NCBI GenBank assembly: GCA_041659265.1
Contig: JBAZYP010000001.1
Span: forward strand, 192,817-256,816
Source of the DNA: Candidatus Pacearchaeota archaeon
GTDB lineage: Archaea > Nanobdellota > Nanobdellia > Pacearchaeales > GW2011-AR1
Reading direction: 5' to 3'
Length of the DNA stretch: 64,000 nucleotides
The notes below the pieces were generated by a model. That model made no database searches, was not told the DNA's origin, and worked only from the letters and a program-made list of their open reading frames with translations. Positions 62,344-64,000 of this stretch are shown here, one piece after another; position 1 is the stretch's first letter, and every line of letters starts with the position of its first letter. Both the position numbers and the translations under genes were made by a program.

Positions 62344-63699
62344 CTAGTTTTTTCCGTATAGAATTGAATAAGGAGTTAATTTGTTAATCATAAATCTTGC
62401 GCCAACGAATTCTGAGACTACTGCAGATATCACTGAGTTACCAACTGCTGCTTTTAATATTCCCCCAACAAGTGGAATTCTAGCTTGATTAGAATATTCA
62501 TTAACTATTTCCATAATTTGGTTTTGAGATAAAATTACTTTAGTTGCCATCATTTTATTATGCCTTTTAATATTAATATTTTTTCCAGGTCCTGGACATT
62601 CTATTAATTGAACTGCAGCATCTTTCATTAAGAATTCTATTTTTTTTAATCCAGATTCTGTTCCTGTGAAGTTTGGAACAGGAGGGGCTATAATTTTAAT
62701 TTCTTTTTGCTGTTGAGGGATGGGCATACTAGGTATATTCATTTGCAAAGGAATTATTTTTTTAGCAGGTTCAGTAGAAAGATTTTTAGAAAGTTTTTCT
62801 GGACCTGCGCCTGCAATAGATTGTTCATATCCTCCTTCAGAGATATTTGATGTATTCATATTTCCTTGATTTTGATTAGGTTGCATTTGACCTTGCATAT
62901 TTGGATACATCGGTTGATTTGGATATTGCGGATTTTGACCTTGCATATTTGGATACATCGGTTGATTTGGATATTGTGGCATTTGAATTATTATTGGCTG
63001 CATGACTGGTTGTTGAGCTGGTTGTTGAGCTGGTTGAATATTTTGTTGTGGTAAATTTTCTTGAGGAGTTATAGGATTTGCATTTGTTTGTTGAAAATTT
63101 CTATTTGGATGAAAAATTTTTCTAACCGGTCTTTGTCTTAATCCTTGATTTCTATTTGGAACAAAATATTCTTTTTTTGGAGATTCTTTTGTTGATTTTT
63201 CTTGAATATTCTCTAAATGACTTTCAAAATCAGATTTTATTTTAGGATCTTTTTCTTTAATTTCAATTGGCTGATTTTTTGGAGGTTCAATAATTGTTTG
63301 TTTAGGTGTTTCTTTTTTTAAATTTTGAATTGGGTTTGTTATTATTTGTCTTCCTTTAGAAAAATTATTTGTAGAAGGATATTTTTGCCTTAAAACAATT
63401 GATTTTCTTAATTCACCTATATTTTTTGTTTGAGATTTTGTTTCGTTTAAATTTTTAGGAAGATCATTTTTTTGAATAATAATAAAATCTGATTTTTGTA
63501 AAGTTTCAGGATCAGTCTCTTCATTATTATTTTCTAAATTTGCATCAAAACCTTCTTTATTATAAGTTCTTTCTTTATATGGAATTTTTTCTATTCCACT
63601 ATCTAAACGAAATTCCTCATATGATGTTGCAAAAATTTCTTCTATAAAATATCTTAAGAAAAATATTCTATGTTCTGGTTTTATTTCTGAAAGTCCCAT
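62344..63699 (-). CDS. Q/P/N-rich low-complexity protein with a C-terminal domain resembling the N-domain of secretion/pilus ATPases
   Basis: The central 'QPAQQPAQQPVMQP...YPNQPMYPNMQGQ' is repeated twice. The C-terminus 'IECPGPGKNINIKRHN....VISAVVSEFVGARFMINKLTP' resembles the GspE/FlaI N-terminal region, but no ATPase domain follows. Confidence 0.4.
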   Translation of the reverse strand: MGLSEIKPEHRIFFLRYFIEEIFATSYEEFRLDSGIEKIPYKERTYNKEGFDANLENNNEETDPETLQKSDFIIIQKNDLPKNLNETKSQTKNIGELRKSIVLRQKYPSTNNFSKGRQIITNPIQNLKKETPKQTIIEPPKNQPIEIKEKDPKIKSDFESHLENIQEKSTKESPKKEYFVPNRNQGLRQRPVRKIFHPNRNFQQTNANPITPQENLPQQNIQPAQQPAQQPVMQPIIIQMPQYPNQPMYPNMQGQNPQYPNQPMYPNMQGQMQPNQNQGNMNTSNISEGGYEQSIAGAGPEKLSKNLSTEPAKKIIPLQMNIPSMPIPQQQKEIKIIAPPVPNFTGTESGLKKIEFLMKDAAVQLIECPGPGKNINIKRHNKMMATKVILSQNQIMEIVNEYSNQARIPLVGGILKAAVGNSVISAVVSEFVGARFMINKLTPYSILYGKN

Positions 63700-63711
63700 A
63701 ATAAAAATTAT

Positions 63712-64000
63712 TTAATATCTTGGAAGAGGTCTTGGTCTTAATTCTGTTGAGAAACCATCTTCATTTCTTTGTGATTGCATATTTCTTTCTTTTACTTTTT
63801 CTTCCATTAACATAATTCCTTTTGATATTACTTTGTTTTGTTCAAGTAATGAATCTAATTTTCTTAAAAATTCTGTATCAATATCCCCATATCTTTCTGG
63901 GAAACCTTCTTTATATTTTTCTGCAAATGTTTTTGCAGATATTTCAAATAATTCTAGAAGTTTTGATATATTGTTTGATAAATCATCAAATTTTACTGCA
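63712..64000 (-). CDS. Hypothetical protein, C-terminal 95 codons (5' end beyond the right window edge)
   Basis: My translation is ...AVKFDDLSNNISKLLELFEISAKTFAEKYKEGFPERYGDIDTEFLRKL...RNEDGFSTELRPRPLPRY*. It is absent from the ORF track. Confidence 0.4.
   Translation of the reverse strand, partial: AVKFDDLSNNISKLLELFEISAKTFAEKYKEGFPERYGDIDTEFLRKLDSLLEQNKVISKGIMLMEEKVKERNMQSQRNEDGFSTELRPRPLPRY

Overview
Visibly AT-rich (by eye), gene-dense archaeal DNA. The archaeal assignment rests on the replication and translation genes: family B DNA polymerase, FEN1, RFC large and small subunits, archaeal two-subunit PheRS, Trm5, ribosomal protein L41e and an RNase P p30-like protein. BRE/TATA-like boxes sit about 25 nt before many start codons, which suggests many leaderless mRNAs. 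The many small membrane proteins, giant surface proteins and patchy metabolism fit a small-genome DPANN-like (Woese-/Pace-/Nanoarchaeota-type) organism, but that lineage call is inference only. I support about 70 CDS, including several short ones missing from the ORF track. I also support three tRNAs (Gln-CUG, Glu-CUC, Thr-GGU), one intein and one free-standing LAGLIDADG gene. I saw no rRNA, CRISPR array, transposase, integrase or reverse transcriptase. The items I rate most worth follow-up are:
1. A triplet of stand-alone FHA genes coupled to an orphan gene, directly upstream of a family of giant beta-helix surface proteins. These proteins share an N-terminal cassette fused to different payloads, and two of them share a 143-nt perfectly identical tract.
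2. A four-copy family of roughly 100-135-nt intergenic elements with complementary termini, covarying hairpins and flanking short direct repeats. Two copies bracket an intein-containing P-loop ATPase gene.
3. A tightly coupled sugar-phosphate operon that contains a divergent ThiC-superfamily radical-SAM-like enzyme.
4. A LAGLIDADG gene wedged between a duplicated tRNA 5' fragment and an intact tRNA-Glu that it overlaps.
5. tRNA-derived fragments and a 36-nt direct repeat downstream of tRNA-Gln.
All family assignments come from motifs read by eye. No database search, HMM or folding program was run.
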